The notes: generated by a model from the sequence alone, not told the origin. A DNA stretch of 64,000 nt from Salinispira sp. (GCA_965602015.1 OZ271918.1:1472001-1536000), one strand, 5' to 3'; counted from the stretch's first letter, positions 29,073 to 39,381 are shown. Program-made: numbers and translations.

Positions 29073-29764
29073 ACTCCCTCTCTGACGCGGTACACATCGT
29101 CTATTGCGGAATCTACAGTCTCCTGCAAATATCCGGAAATCGCCGCATCGTACTCCGCCGTATGGGCAAAGGTCTTTTTCGCCAAGCGAAAGCGGCTGTC
29201 GAGGCTGATGGTTCCGCTGTTTTCCCGAAGTTCGTGTAAAACTCCGGGATAATCTTCCGGACGGCAGATAGAAGCCACTCTGATATAATTTTTTGCCGAA
29301 GCCCTCAGCATGGTGGGACCACCGATATCAATATGGCTTCTGGCATCCTCAAGGCTGCTTCCTTCCCGGGCGATCTGGGAGCTAAACGGATAAAGATTTA
29401 CCACCACCATATCGATATATTTCGAAGCGCTTCGCTCAATATCCTGCCGATGATCGTTATTATAGGGTTCGCTGAGCAGCCCGAGGTAAATACGGAAATC
29501 CAGAGTTTTAACCAGGCCGCCCTGCATCTCAGGCTGACCGGTGTATTCGCTCACCTGCACGAGATTTTCCGTATAGCGGCCATCCATATATCCGCTGAGC
29601 AAATTCTCAAGGACCCTGTGGGTTCCCCCGGTGCTCAGGATCTGTACATCGGGATTAATCTCAAGAAGGCCGCGGACAAAATCTTCTATGCCGCTTTTGT
29701 CGGATACGGAAATCAGCACGGTGTTGACCTTTACCCTCCGGGGAACCTCAGCGACTCTGTTCAT
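29063..29764 (-). CDS. purH: IMP cyclohydrolase (stand-alone N-terminal PurH, MGS-like domain)
   Basis: LISVSDKSG, STGGT, VSEYTGQPE..GGLVKTL, VVVNLYPF, IDIGGPTMLRASAKN, TAEYDAAIS. Confidence 0.88.
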   Translation of the reverse strand: MNRVAEVPRRVKVNTVLISVSDKSGIEDFVRGLLEINPDVQILSTGGTHRVLENLLSGYMDGRYTENLVQVSEYTGQPEMQGGLVKTLDFRIYLGLLSEPYNNDHRQDIERSASKYIDMVVVNLYPFSSQIAREGSSLEDARSHIDIGGPTMLRASAKNYIRVASICRPEDYPGVLHELRENSGTISLDSRFRLAKKTFAHTAEYDAAISGYLQETVDSAIDDVYRVREGVWQ

Positions 29765-30539
29765 GAACCTTTTCTCCTCGCTCTATGTATGCATACGCCT
29801 CGTGATTGTGAATGCTCTCCATGTTCTCCGCTTCAACGCTGAACCAGGGGAAGTTATATGACTGCTCAAGCATGACCGTGACCGCCCGCACAAGATCCTC
29901 CACAAACACCGGATTATCATAACTCAATTCGGTGATGTATTTCTCATCTTCGCGTTTGAGCAGGGTATACAGCGGCGCGCTTGCGCAGCCCTCGATGAGG
30001 GCGATCATATCCTCTATCCAAAAAAAATCGCCCAACTGCACCAAGACCCTGACAAATGAACGCTGATTGTGTGCCCCGTAGGCGGAAATTTCCTTGGAGC
30101 AGGGACAAAGGGTTAAAACCGGCACTTCTATGCCGACAAAAAAATCCCGATACTCGCTGTTCACTTCGCCGATAAATCGGCAGTTGTATTCCATAATGCT
30201 CTTCTGACCGCTGACCGGAGCGCTCTTTTCCATAAAGAAGGGAAATCGCATTTCTCCGTGGGCCACATCGGCCTGAAGGCTTGATTTAATCTTTTCCAGC
30301 ATGTGATGAAAATTATTCATGCGGATGTCGTCGGAATGCTCGTGAAACACCTCGATAAAGCGGCTCATATGGGTGCCCTTGAAGTGATGCGGAAGATCGA
30401 CGTAGAGGTCGACTTCGGCAGAGCTATGCTGATAGCTTTCCGCCTTGTCCAAAATCTTAATCGGATAACGGATATTCTTTACGCCGACCTTGTTCAGCGG
30501 AAGATTGCGCTCGTCGGGAGAGTTCTGGAGGTCTTTCAT
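29748..30539 (-). CDS. folE2: GTP cyclohydrolase IB
   Basis: DLQNS, KGTHMSRF, TLCPCSKEIS, AHNQRS, LLKREDE, FVEDLVR, ESIHNH. ATGA-coupled to folD. Confidence 0.96.
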   Translation of the reverse strand: MKDLQNSPDERNLPLNKVGVKNIRYPIKILDKAESYQHSSAEVDLYVDLPHHFKGTHMSRFIEVFHEHSDDIRMNNFHHMLEKIKSSLQADVAHGEMRFPFFMEKSAPVSGQKSIMEYNCRFIGEVNSEYRDFFVGIEVPVLTLCPCSKEISAYGAHNQRSFVRVLVQLGDFFWIEDMIALIEGCASAPLYTLLKREDEKYITELSYDNPVFVEDLVRAVTVMLEQSYNFPWFSVEAENMESIHNHEAYAYIERGEKVHEQSR

Positions 30540-31444
30540 GAGGCCGGATTTCCCGAAGCGTCGTGATGGCGCTTTGCCGATTCTACGGTATTCCACAGCA
30601 GCATGGTTATGGTCATCGGACCCACTCCGCGGGGAACCGGAGTGATATGCGAGGCCTTTTGCAGCAGATCGTCGAACTTCACATCTCCCACAAGCCTAAA
30701 TCCCCGTTTTTTACTGGGGTCGTCAACGCGATTTACCCCCACGTCAATGACAACCGCGCCGTCCCTCACCATCTCCGCGGTGATCAGCTCGGGAATGCCA
30801 ACGGCGGCGATGAGAATATCTGCCTGTCTGGTGTGCTGTGAAAGATCAGGGGTACGGCTGTGACAGACGGTGACCGTGGCATTTCCCAGAGGGCTTTTTT
30901 GGAGGAGAAGATTCGCCAGGGGCTTGCCGACGATGTTGGAACGCCCGACAATGACGCAGTGTTTTCCCGCGGGTTCTATGCCGACCGCCTGAATCAGCTT
31001 CACCACTCCGTGAGGAGTACAGGGAAGGAACGCGTCCCGTCCCAGCATCATATTGCCGAGGCTTACGGGATGAAAACCGTCCACATCCTTGGAGGGGGAA
31101 ATAGTTTCGATTATACGGTCCGAATCGATGTGCCCGGGCAGGGGTAGCTGGACCAGAATTCCGTGGATCAGGGGGTCGGCGTTGAGTTCTTCAACCAGGG
31201 ACACCAGCTCATCTTCAGGGGTTTCTGCCGGGAGCCGGATGTCCCGGGAATATATGCCATTTTCTTCGCAGGCTTTTTCCTTTGCGGTGACATAGCTGGT
31301 GCTTGCGGGATCCTCGCCGACTAAAACAACCGCGAGCCCCGGAACCGTTCCCTTATTACTCAACTGGGCAGCATCCCGGGCAATTTTATCCCTGAGTCCC
31401 GCCGCAATTTCTGTGCCGTTAATTATCTGTGCAGCCATGGGCAT
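30536..31444 (-). CDS. folD: methylene-THF dehydrogenase/cyclohydrolase
   Basis: GILVQLPLP, KDVDGFHP, PCTPHG, GRSNIVGKP, TPVPRGVGPMT. Confidence 0.97.
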   Translation of the reverse strand: MPMAAQIINGTEIAAGLRDKIARDAAQLSNKGTVPGLAVVLVGEDPASTSYVTAKEKACEENGIYSRDIRLPAETPEDELVSLVEELNADPLIHGILVQLPLPGHIDSDRIIETISPSKDVDGFHPVSLGNMMLGRDAFLPCTPHGVVKLIQAVGIEPAGKHCVIVGRSNIVGKPLANLLLQKSPLGNATVTVCHSRTPDLSQHTRQADILIAAVGIPELITAEMVRDGAVVIDVGVNRVDDPSKKRGFRLVGDVKFDDLLQKASHITPVPRGVGPMTITMLLWNTVESAKRHHDASGNPAS

Positions 31445-31621
31445 GATGTATCATAGCCCATCACAAAATTCAACAATGATGTAATCTGCAGGGCCTTGAA
31501 ATGTTATCGCATTGAACAGCCATTTTGGACGTGCTACTATGGCAGCTCGGCAAAGCGGACATTATTCCGTTTGTGCGTACGACAAATATGACGCATCACC
31601 CCATCGTTTAGAGAGGTTTCA

Positions 31622-32275
31622 GTGATCACAGGCACAATGCGAAGAAACTGCGCGGCGGTTTTAACACTGCTGTTATTTATCAGCTCCTTCCTTCCCCTCA
31701 TCGCCCAGGAAAGTGATCCGGGCTTTGACACTCCAGGTCCGGTTGAGATAAATCGGGTTCTCGGCGATCAGTATCTTACCATCAGTCTCGGACTCCAACT
31801 TCCGCTGTTTATCCACAATCCCAATCCCGGAGACGGAGAGGTTGCCATCAATCAAACAAACCTCAGACCGGGGTTGAGCGGAGGACTGGGATGGGCTGCC
31901 TTCCTCAATAATGAAATTAGCCTGGGTCTCAATGTCAATGCGGCGTACAGCGCCGACCTCAACGGCTCGGGTTTTTTCGCCGTGCCCATTTTGGTTAATG
32001 GGGCGTACTACCTGCGGACGTCGCCTATTGAGGTGCCCCTCAATCTCGGCCTGGGACTCAACATCATGCGGTATAAGGATATAACTACCGTGGGAATGAT
32101 CGTGACCGGCGGGGTCTCTGTGTATTGGAATGCCATAGAGGACTGGTCCTTCGGAGTCAATATCCAGTATTGGTGGCAACCCGAATTTTACGGCGCCGGA
32201 TCAGATATTCCGGCCAGCATGACGCGTTTCGGCAACAGCCTGCAGATTACCGCAAGCGCTTTGTACAACTTCTAA
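31622..32275 (+). CDS. OmpW/OprG-like outer-membrane beta-barrel (TP0733 family-like)
   Basis: Signal peptide, about 8 amphipathic strands, C-terminal ALYNF; divergent from folD as recalled in other spirochaetes. Confidence 0.7.
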   Translation: MITGTMRRNCAAVLTLLLFISSFLPLIAQESDPGFDTPGPVEINRVLGDQYLTISLGLQLPLFIHNPNPGDGEVAINQTNLRPGLSGGLGWAAFLNNEISLGLNVNAAYSADLNGSGFFAVPILVNGAYYLRTSPIEVPLNLGLGLNIMRYKDITTVGMIVTGGVSVYWNAIEDWSFGVNIQYWWQPEFYGAGSDIPASMTRFGNSLQITASALYNF

Positions 32276-32294
32276 ACCATTGAAGGATTATTTC

Positions 32295-33527
32295 ATGAAT
32301 CGTATTAAATCGGCACTAAGCCTTGCCGTCCTGATGCTCTTCGCCGCCTGCAACAGCAGCAACGTCGGGCTTTTTTACAGCATTGAGAGCGTGGTGGCCA
32401 TTCAGGAAGAAGGCCGGGGTCTGGAAGAATTCTCCCCGATCAACAGTTTCGCAGAAGGCCAAAATAACTATTATCTGACCACCAGCGTGCTAAAAGTACG
32501 GGCTCAGGGAACAGAGACCGACAGCCAGACAGGCTACAGCTGGGCCGATGTCAATATGCCCGACGCCCACCCGACGGCCCTTAAGGTATTGGCCGACGGA
32601 AACCGCATAGTGCTTCACGCAGCTGGAGAAACCGCCGACGGCATAGTCACCGGCTTGTTCGAGCTCACGGAGTTTGACTACGGCGATGCCGCGGATGCGG
32701 CCTGGACCCCGGTTAGCGGAATAACCCCGGCGGATGGTGAAAGGATCAGCAATGCCTTCTTTGCGAACGGACTGCTTTTTGCAGAGCTGTACAGCTCTGC
32801 TTCGGGCTACCGGCTTCTCGACATAACCGGCGACCTGGAAATTCTCAGTTCTGACCTATTTCCGGTAATAGAAATTGAATGGGACGGAAGCAGCTACTGG
32901 GCTCTGACAGCCAACAGCATCGCAAGCAGCACCGGAGCTACCCCGGCGGCAATGAGTACGGTTACCCTTGACGGAAATGCGGCATTTGAAAATGCCGAGG
33001 GAGAACCGCTGTGGGCGGTGGACAGCAGCGGAGATGCCAAGATTTACTCATTTTCCGGTATGGTAAGTCCGGCAGCCGACGAGCTCTACATTGCCACCAC
33101 CGGAGGGTATGTGTTCTACACCGTAGACGGAGGTACCGGGTGGCGGGCCTTCGACGGAGACTCGAATAGCCAAGCCGACCGCATCAGCAACGGCACGGAT
33201 TTTACCCGCTTCAGCGCCCTCACCTTGTTACCCGCAGTCTTTGACGACGGTACCCAGGACCGGATAATCGCCGGCACCGCAAATGAGGGCTATGCCTTCC
33301 TCAGCGGATCGGTGGACGCCGGCGGGGAAAGCGTAAGCTTTTTCGACGCCCAGGACCAAAGCAGTTCCAACCTCTTCTCGACGGATTTATACCGGGGCAA
33401 CATAAGCGACCTGGTGTATGCCGGAGACCCAACCGTAGACGAAAACGTGCTGTTCGCCCTGACCCCGAATGCCGGTTTGTGGCGGGGGACATACGAGGAA
33501 AACCGCCTCATCTGGCGCAGAGAATAG
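32295..33527 (+). CDS. acidic beta-rich lipoprotein, probable beta-propeller
   Basis: FAAC lipobox followed by GLFYSIE; blade-like motifs YIATTGG, IIAGTANEG, NAGLWRG; BNR-like TVDGGTGW. Confidence 0.7.
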   Translation: MNRIKSALSLAVLMLFAACNSSNVGLFYSIESVVAIQEEGRGLEEFSPINSFAEGQNNYYLTTSVLKVRAQGTETDSQTGYSWADVNMPDAHPTALKVLADGNRIVLHAAGETADGIVTGLFELTEFDYGDAADAAWTPVSGITPADGERISNAFFANGLLFAELYSSASGYRLLDITGDLEILSSDLFPVIEIEWDGSSYWALTANSIASSTGATPAAMSTVTLDGNAAFENAEGEPLWAVDSSGDAKIYSFSGMVSPAADELYIATTGGYVFYTVDGGTGWRAFDGDSNSQADRISNGTDFTRFSALTLLPAVFDDGTQDRIIAGTANEGYAFLSGSVDAGGESVSFFDAQDQSSSNLFSTDLYRGNISDLVYAGDPTVDENVLFALTPNAGLWRGTYEENRLIWRRE

Positions 33528-33584
33528 CACTCGATTGGTGAAAATTAATTGAATAACACTAAGCAATAAGAATCCGGGGCTCGT

Positions 33585-36500
33585 TCAGAGTCCCTGGTTT
33601 ATTGCGTTACCGGTGAAGATCAGACCGGCTCCTTGCAGGTTTTCAAGCTGCTGCAGGGTCTGATATTGGCCCGCACGCTGTTGGGAACTTCGGAAGCTGT
33701 CCCGTATCTCCTGAAGAATTAATCCCCATCCCTCGAATGTGTTGTTTTCAACTTCCATTGATATATTCCCAATCTCGGTCTGGGCCAGGATAGCAGTACC
33801 GTAAATGCTGCCCCCAAGTCGATTGTTGACCAATCTTCCGGCGGAGTTTTCTCCGAGACTCAAGGCCACTGCATAGGATTCCCGGCCTGTGAGGGAAAAC
33901 TGGCTGTCGGCAATAAACACCTCGCTGTCTTCAACCAGAGCGAAAATGTATTCGGCAGTTTCGGCGCCTTCGAAGCTGCTGTCCCTAATTTCGAGCTCGG
34001 CCCCTGATCGGGCGACGATGCTGTTCACAAAGTCCCTGCCCCCGGTGCCGAAAAAACGGCTTCCGGTGGCCAGCAGGCTGCCGGATGTAATTGATATGCC
34101 GTTCACCCCGAAAGCCGCTGTGAGCACCACGTCGCTGTCCTGAAGGGCGATATCGCTCTCACGGGCGGCGATGAGACTGACGACCCCCGCTTCAGAGCTT
34201 CCCTCGACGCGCACCTGCTGTAGAAGCATGTCAGACTGATCGGCGAAAAATGCGCTCGATGCCGATCGTCCGGTGCCGCTGGTGAACAGTGATTGATCCT
34301 CGGCGAAGAAGCTCGAGTTGAACAGATAGACGCCGATGGTGCTGTCGCCTGAGGCCGGGACTACTTCGCTTGCGCGTAATTGGACGGTGGAGTCCTGACT
34401 GCTAATGAGGATGTAGGACCCGTGAAGATCCGACTCGAGAAAATCAGGGAGATCTTCGGCGCTTATTTTGCTGTCGCTGATCCGGAGATCGCTGTTGTCA
34501 AGAGCCTTGATCAGCGTAGCTTCATCGAGCTCATATCCGTTGACTTCCGAGCGTTGAAGCCTGAGAGATGATTCCACCAACTGGATGGCTGAGCTGCCGC
34601 CGTTGACCGTCAGCAGGCTGTTGGAAATGCTCAAGTCGGCGTTCTCGGCGAGGATTATTTGATCGAGGTTTCGGGCGGAATCGCTGAGATACAGCGAGTC
34701 GAGAACGAGGCGATTGCGCCGGCTTCGAATCAGCTCGCGTTCGCTGAAGGATTTCTCCGCAAAAATGAAGCTGGGTTCTCCGCCGGGCTCCCAGCTGCCC
34801 GATCTGAACGAACCATAGAGCCCGGTAGTAAAACCGATATTGATCGGTCTGATAATCGGATAACTTCCCTCTGCAAGATAGATTTCACTGCGGCCGCTGG
34901 CGGCGGCAAAATCAAGGGCCTCTATTAGGTCTGCAAAGGGCAGATCTCTTCCCCCGTTACCCGAAGACGCGGCTGCGGGATCGACAAATACATTGCGCCG
35001 ATCGACGATGATATTCCAGATTCGATCCTGGGCGCTGCGGTTTCCCGCGGCATCGAATGCGTATGCCCGAATGTTATACAGAACCATTTCATTCGGATAC
35101 CCCTGGAGAGTTACGGGGCCGGCAAAGCTGGCTAATTCGCCGATTTCCAATCCTGCAGGAGCGGCGAACTGCCTGTCCCAGCCAAGGGGGAGCTCCCCTC
35201 GGGGATACAGGTATTCAGAAATCTGATAGACCGCCTGACCGTCTTCTTCAGTTACAAAATCGACAATGACATCTTGAGGGGAATACAGTTTTTCTTCGAT
35301 CCCCCGCAATCCCGGTGGAGATGGGGGGCTCCGGTCTATGGTAAAGCTGAACGAGAGCTCCCGGCTCGGTTCGAATCCCGGAATATACTGTCTCATGGTG
35401 ACCCGGTACTCCACGGTTTCACCCTGGGCCGCCTGAAATGATAAGCGGTTGGCCCATACCGGACTCGATTCTCCCACCGCCGGGGGGTCGCTACCATCGC
35501 TACTGATTTCGTAGCGCACGAGTCCGCCGTTACCGGGAAACACTTCAACCGTCCGCGGCTGAACGTACACCCCGCCGTCCTGGACACCGCTGAGCTTCGG
35601 CAGAGGCGCGATGAGTAGCCGTGGGAGAATAAGGGACGACAGTGGACTGGTATTCCCCGCTTCGTCTACGCTGCGGTAATAGAGTACCAGGCTTTCCTGG
35701 GACTCGGCGACCTGCCACTCTATGGGAAAATCGTAATCAGAGAATTCGAGTGAATCCGGATCGGCTGCCGCTGAAGACACAGCGTATTCAATGCCGTCTT
35801 CTCCACCCCGGGTCCAGCTCAAGAGTCCGGCATTACCGTCCCGCTGAACCCGCGGTGACGGGGGAATATCCGGCGGCTCGCGGTCGATAATAAACTCGTA
35901 AATTCCGCTGGTTTGCCCGAGGTTACCTGCGTTATCCAGGCTTCGGAAAAGGAGGCTGTATCGGACCCGGCTGCCTGCTTCGGCCTTGAGTTGCAGGGAC
36001 TCCCTGATGAGGTTTGAGCCTCCGTCGGGTACCCGGGGAATCTGCGTACCGCTGGCCAGTTCGAAAACAATCTGCTCCTCGCTTTCAAAGCGCAGCCGCA
36101 AATCCTCATTGCTTATGTAACGCCGATCGGGAGACTGGGGAAGCGGCTGATCATCGGCGGTTCTCACGCTAAGCTGAGGTAATTCCGGCAATTCCCGGTC
36201 AATGATGAAGGCTGCAGTCACATCTTCGCTGCGGTTGCCCGCCTGATCCTGGCTGTAAGCCCGTAGCCGATAGAGGATCCGCCGGCCCTCGATGCCGCTG
36301 ATAGTAAAGCTGCTGGTGAATGGCGAATCCGGGCTTATCAAAAAACCACCGTCTTCCCGACTGATTTCATAGAAAATTTCCGTTCCGCCCTCTCCTTGGA
36401 GTGTCAGATTAACCGCATCGCGGTACTCGCTGCCCGGTTCAAGGCCGACGATTCGGGGAGCTTCGGGAGCTTCGTTATCGAAACTGAAGCTCAAACGGGA

Positions 36501-38681
36501 GCTGACCCCCTTGAGCTCGGGATTTTCCGATGATACCGGCAGAATTAACAGATTTACTTGCTGGTTTTCCGTATCGGGATCGGCTGCAATTCTAATTTCT
36601 CCTGCACTGAAATCGCCGTCCGGATAGGGGATTGGGGGTATGCTACCGTCCCGGCCAATAGAGTAATAGTATCGCACCCCGGGCTCGCTGTTTCGGATAA
36701 AAAGCGTGAGCTCCCTGCCCTGTACCGAACTGCCGTTTTCCACACCGGCGACCTGGGCCGCCGACGGAGTTACGCTGTGAACCGGAATTGCCGAAGTTCT
36801 GCTGAGGGCCGAGCGGGTCTGCTCGGATTCCGAATAGGTTTCGACGATATATGCAACATTGAATCCCTGAACTTCTTGGAGAGCTATGGGACCGGAGTAC
36901 AGCAAAAACTCCGACGATCCCGGCGAGGCCGCCCCGCCTTGGCGGATAATCCGGTAATAGACTGTTTCATCGTCTTCGGCGTTTATGGTAACAACCCGGT
37001 TTTCCACCGTTATTGCCGGTCCCGCCTGGAGTCGGGTGTCGACCGTAGCCGTTATTTCGGTAACGCCGTCGCTCACCGATCCGGCGTCGTTGACGAAAGA
37101 AAAGCGCAGCAGGTAATCCTGGAGAATGCCCGGGGGAAGTCCGATTTCCGTACTGCCGCGAATCTCCCGAATCTGGAAATCTTGAGGATTCGGTTCGATA
37201 GTCAGGTTGACCGCCCTGGAACTGCGTATCAACAGTCTTCCATCTTCGATACTGAGCTCAGGTTCAGGATTACCTTCGGTCTCGGGGGATACCATAAAGT
37301 CGAGACGGGATTCGCTGCTCCAGAGACTGGCGTTTTTTAAGGACTGAAACGAGATACTCAGATTCCGCATATCAGCCGGAAGGATAATTTCATCATTTCC
37401 GAAAAGCCGTCCTGCCGCCGCCGGATCGCTTTGGGGCGGCAGCTCTCCGATGCGGTAAAAGGTGTCGCTATCCCGGTCTGCCCTGAACGAAATGCGTATT
37501 CGCCTCGAGATGCTGTCGCCCGGATTAACCGGCAGATACTCGCCGATGCTTTTATTAAAACTATAAACCTGCACGTCTGGAGGACTGGGTCTTCGGCCGT
37601 CGAGAAGGTACACATAGCGAAACTCGCTGTTTTCCACCGCATCAAAAATTCTTAGCGGTAGCGCCCGGAGACTGCCGGGCTGCAGGGAGATTCTGAGCGG
37701 CCGGTCGAGGGGGTTGTCGAAGCGGCTAACCGGCCGGTCATCAATGCGGTAATACAGATCGGCGCGAAGCGCCGGGATTACGATGTTTTCTGAAACGAGT
37801 CCTTGGTCAAGCCGGCTGTATTCATTGATTCCCGCAGAAAATCTGCGCAGGGCGTAGAGTTCCCTACCGTCGTGTGTTATGCCAAAAACCCGAAGGGGAA
37901 TGTCCTCTCCGGGACTCAGGAGCACCGGGCCGGCGTAGGGTATCCCGCCCAGACGAGGATCACTGCCGTCCAGGGTATAGCGCAGTTGACTGAATCCGCG
38001 CTCATCAATGTATAAAAGCTGGGGATTGGCGAAATTACCCTCCACGGGACTGATGACGGGGATGTTTTCCACCCGGGTTTCGTTTCGCCGGTCGATAATG
38101 TACCGAAAATTTTCAGCGGGACTGAAATTACCCGCAGAATCCCGGGCGCGAAGCTGCAGTTGATACGCAACAAGTTGTCCGCTGACCCCCTGAAGACTCA
38201 GGGTCTCACCGGGCGCTATGCTGCCCTCCTGCCTCGCTCCCGAACCAGAGAGGACAAATACCAACGACGAGTCATCTTCAGTTTCGAAGGCTATATCAAG
38301 AGGTTTTCGGTACACCCCCTGCACCTGATTCGGCCGGGGGACCGCGGGGGGCATCCGGTCAATGACATATTCAAAATAGCGGTTTGAGGCCACCCTTCCT
38401 TGTGAAATCAGGAGCGCTTCAATTCTGTACCTCCGGCGGCTGCCGGGCGGTGTATTCAGCAGCAACGGGGTTCTTGAGGAGATAAACTGACTGTCGGTAA
38501 AACCGTCCAGGCGATAGAGAATACTTTCGAATTCCCGGTCTGCGCTGAACTCCAGTATGATATTTTCCCTATATTCCCCGGGCGCCGAACTGAGAACAAA
38601 GGGGGCAGTGTCGGGTTCCTGGGAAAATAATGCAGCACCGGCGAGAAGTACAAGGCTGATAAGCAGTCTGCGGAGGGTCAT
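33585..38681 (-). CDS. 1698-aa exported protein: tandem Ig/FN3-like repeats, DUF1565-like motif and right-handed beta-helix
   Basis: Signal peptide; recurring RA.D.AGN.S....F.IDR.PP..P and YTLDGSDP; VFVDP...GNGGRDLPF; then I.DS.F-type beta-helix repeats. Confidence 0.8.
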   Translation of the reverse strand: MTLRRLLISLVLLAGAALFSQEPDTAPFVLSSAPGEYRENIILEFSADREFESILYRLDGFTDSQFISSRTPLLLNTPPGSRRRYRIEALLISQGRVASNRYFEYVIDRMPPAVPRPNQVQGVYRKPLDIAFETEDDSSLVFVLSGSGARQEGSIAPGETLSLQGVSGQLVAYQLQLRARDSAGNFSPAENFRYIIDRRNETRVENIPVISPVEGNFANPQLLYIDERGFSQLRYTLDGSDPRLGGIPYAGPVLLSPGEDIPLRVFGITHDGRELYALRRFSAGINEYSRLDQGLVSENIVIPALRADLYYRIDDRPVSRFDNPLDRPLRISLQPGSLRALPLRIFDAVENSEFRYVYLLDGRRPSPPDVQVYSFNKSIGEYLPVNPGDSISRRIRISFRADRDSDTFYRIGELPPQSDPAAAGRLFGNDEIILPADMRNLSISFQSLKNASLWSSESRLDFMVSPETEGNPEPELSIEDGRLLIRSSRAVNLTIEPNPQDFQIREIRGSTEIGLPPGILQDYLLRFSFVNDAGSVSDGVTEITATVDTRLQAGPAITVENRVVTINAEDDETVYYRIIRQGGAASPGSSEFLLYSGPIALQEVQGFNVAYIVETYSESEQTRSALSRTSAIPVHSVTPSAAQVAGVENGSSVQGRELTLFIRNSEPGVRYYYSIGRDGSIPPIPYPDGDFSAGEIRIAADPDTENQQVNLLILPVSSENPELKGVSSRLSFSFDNEAPEAPRIVGLEPGSEYRDAVNLTLQGEGGTEIFYEISREDGGFLISPDSPFTSSFTISGIEGRRILYRLRAYSQDQAGNRSEDVTAAFIIDRELPELPQLSVRTADDQPLPQSPDRRYISNEDLRLRFESEEQIVFELASGTQIPRVPDGGSNLIRESLQLKAEAGSRVRYSLLFRSLDNAGNLGQTSGIYEFIIDREPPDIPPSPRVQRDGNAGLLSWTRGGEDGIEYAVSSAAADPDSLEFSDYDFPIEWQVAESQESLVLYYRSVDEAGNTSPLSSLILPRLLIAPLPKLSGVQDGGVYVQPRTVEVFPGNGGLVRYEISSDGSDPPAVGESSPVWANRLSFQAAQGETVEYRVTMRQYIPGFEPSRELSFSFTIDRSPPSPPGLRGIEEKLYSPQDVIVDFVTEEDGQAVYQISEYLYPRGELPLGWDRQFAAPAGLEIGELASFAGPVTLQGYPNEMVLYNIRAYAFDAAGNRSAQDRIWNIIVDRRNVFVDPAAASSGNGGRDLPFADLIEALDFAAASGRSEIYLAEGSYPIIRPINIGFTTGLYGSFRSGSWEPGGEPSFIFAEKSFSERELIRSRRNRLVLDSLYLSDSARNLDQIILAENADLSISNSLLTVNGGSSAIQLVESSLRLQRSEVNGYELDEATLIKALDNSDLRISDSKISAEDLPDFLESDLHGSYILISSQDSTVQLRASEVVPASGDSTIGVYLFNSSFFAEDQSLFTSGTGRSASSAFFADQSDMLLQQVRVEGSSEAGVVSLIAARESDIALQDSDVVLTAAFGVNGISITSGSLLATGSRFFGTGGRDFVNSIVARSGAELEIRDSSFEGAETAEYIFALVEDSEVFIADSQFSLTGRESYAVALSLGENSAGRLVNNRLGGSIYGTAILAQTEIGNISMEVENNTFEGWGLILQEIRDSFRSSQQRAGQYQTLQQLENLQGAGLIFTGNAINQGL

Positions 38682-38702
38682 CGGGTTTACGCTTCTCCTT
38701 TG

Positions 38703-39311
38703 CTATTCGCTGCCCGGATTTAAATCCTTGAGAATGGCTGCAACCTCCGGGTCCTCGGCATAGTGCGATTCTATTTCATCGATTGAAAGACCCACCAGTT
38801 CATGACTGAGATAGTGCACCCAGTTATCTTCATCGGGCGAATTCATTTCTATTTTGCGGCAATAATAATCAGGGTGACTGGGCAGGGTTCCGGTTTCGAA
38901 ATGCCGGATTTTGTAGTCGTGTACGGCAATGCGAATATCTTCCCGGGGTACACCCTTTGATTCGATAACTTCTACCAAATAGTTGATGGTTCTGCCGGAA
39001 TCAAAAATGTCATCTACCAAAAGCACCTTGTCACCGCTTCTCAAATGCTCCGGGTCGTAGGTCCAGCCGTCAATACGGATTTTCTGCTGCGACCTGACTC
39101 CCGTGTATGAGCGGGCGACAACCGCAGCGTAAAACACCGGCCTTCCGTCGGTCTTCACGACCTTGAAATACTCACTGATGACATTGCCCAGATAGGCCCC
39201 GCCCCTCAGGCTGACATAAATCACGTCTGGAATAAATCCGTCCTTGTGGATTCGATGCGCAAGCTTGATGGCGTTGTCCCTAATTTTCCGATACGTGATG
39301 AATTCTTTCAA
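38703..39311 (-). CDS. type I phosphoribosyltransferase
   Basis: VSLRGG, PRPP motif VLLVDDIFDSGRT. Confidence 0.85.
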   Translation of the reverse strand: MKEFITYRKIRDNAIKLAHRIHKDGFIPDVIYVSLRGGAYLGNVISEYFKVVKTDGRPVFYAAVVARSYTGVRSQQKIRIDGWTYDPEHLRSGDKVLLVDDIFDSGRTINYLVEVIESKGVPREDIRIAVHDYKIRHFETGTLPSHPDYYCRKIEMNSPDEDNWVHYLSHELVGLSIDEIESHYAEDPEVAAILKDLNPGSE

Positions 39312-39381
39312 AACACTCCCCTGCGTGAGTCTCCGGCAAAAAGCCGCAGGAGACCCAAATTACATAATAGTACAAGCGCGG

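Noticed and set aside
29040..29100. Split purH as a frameshift artefact
   Set aside because: The second gene has its own RBS and an N-terminal extension, and there is no homopolymer or slippery site at the junction.
31445..31621. ZMP/ZTP or THF riboswitch before folD-folE2-purH
   Set aside because: No GACTGGCG...CGCCTGGG pattern, and a -10-like box lies right next to the start codon.
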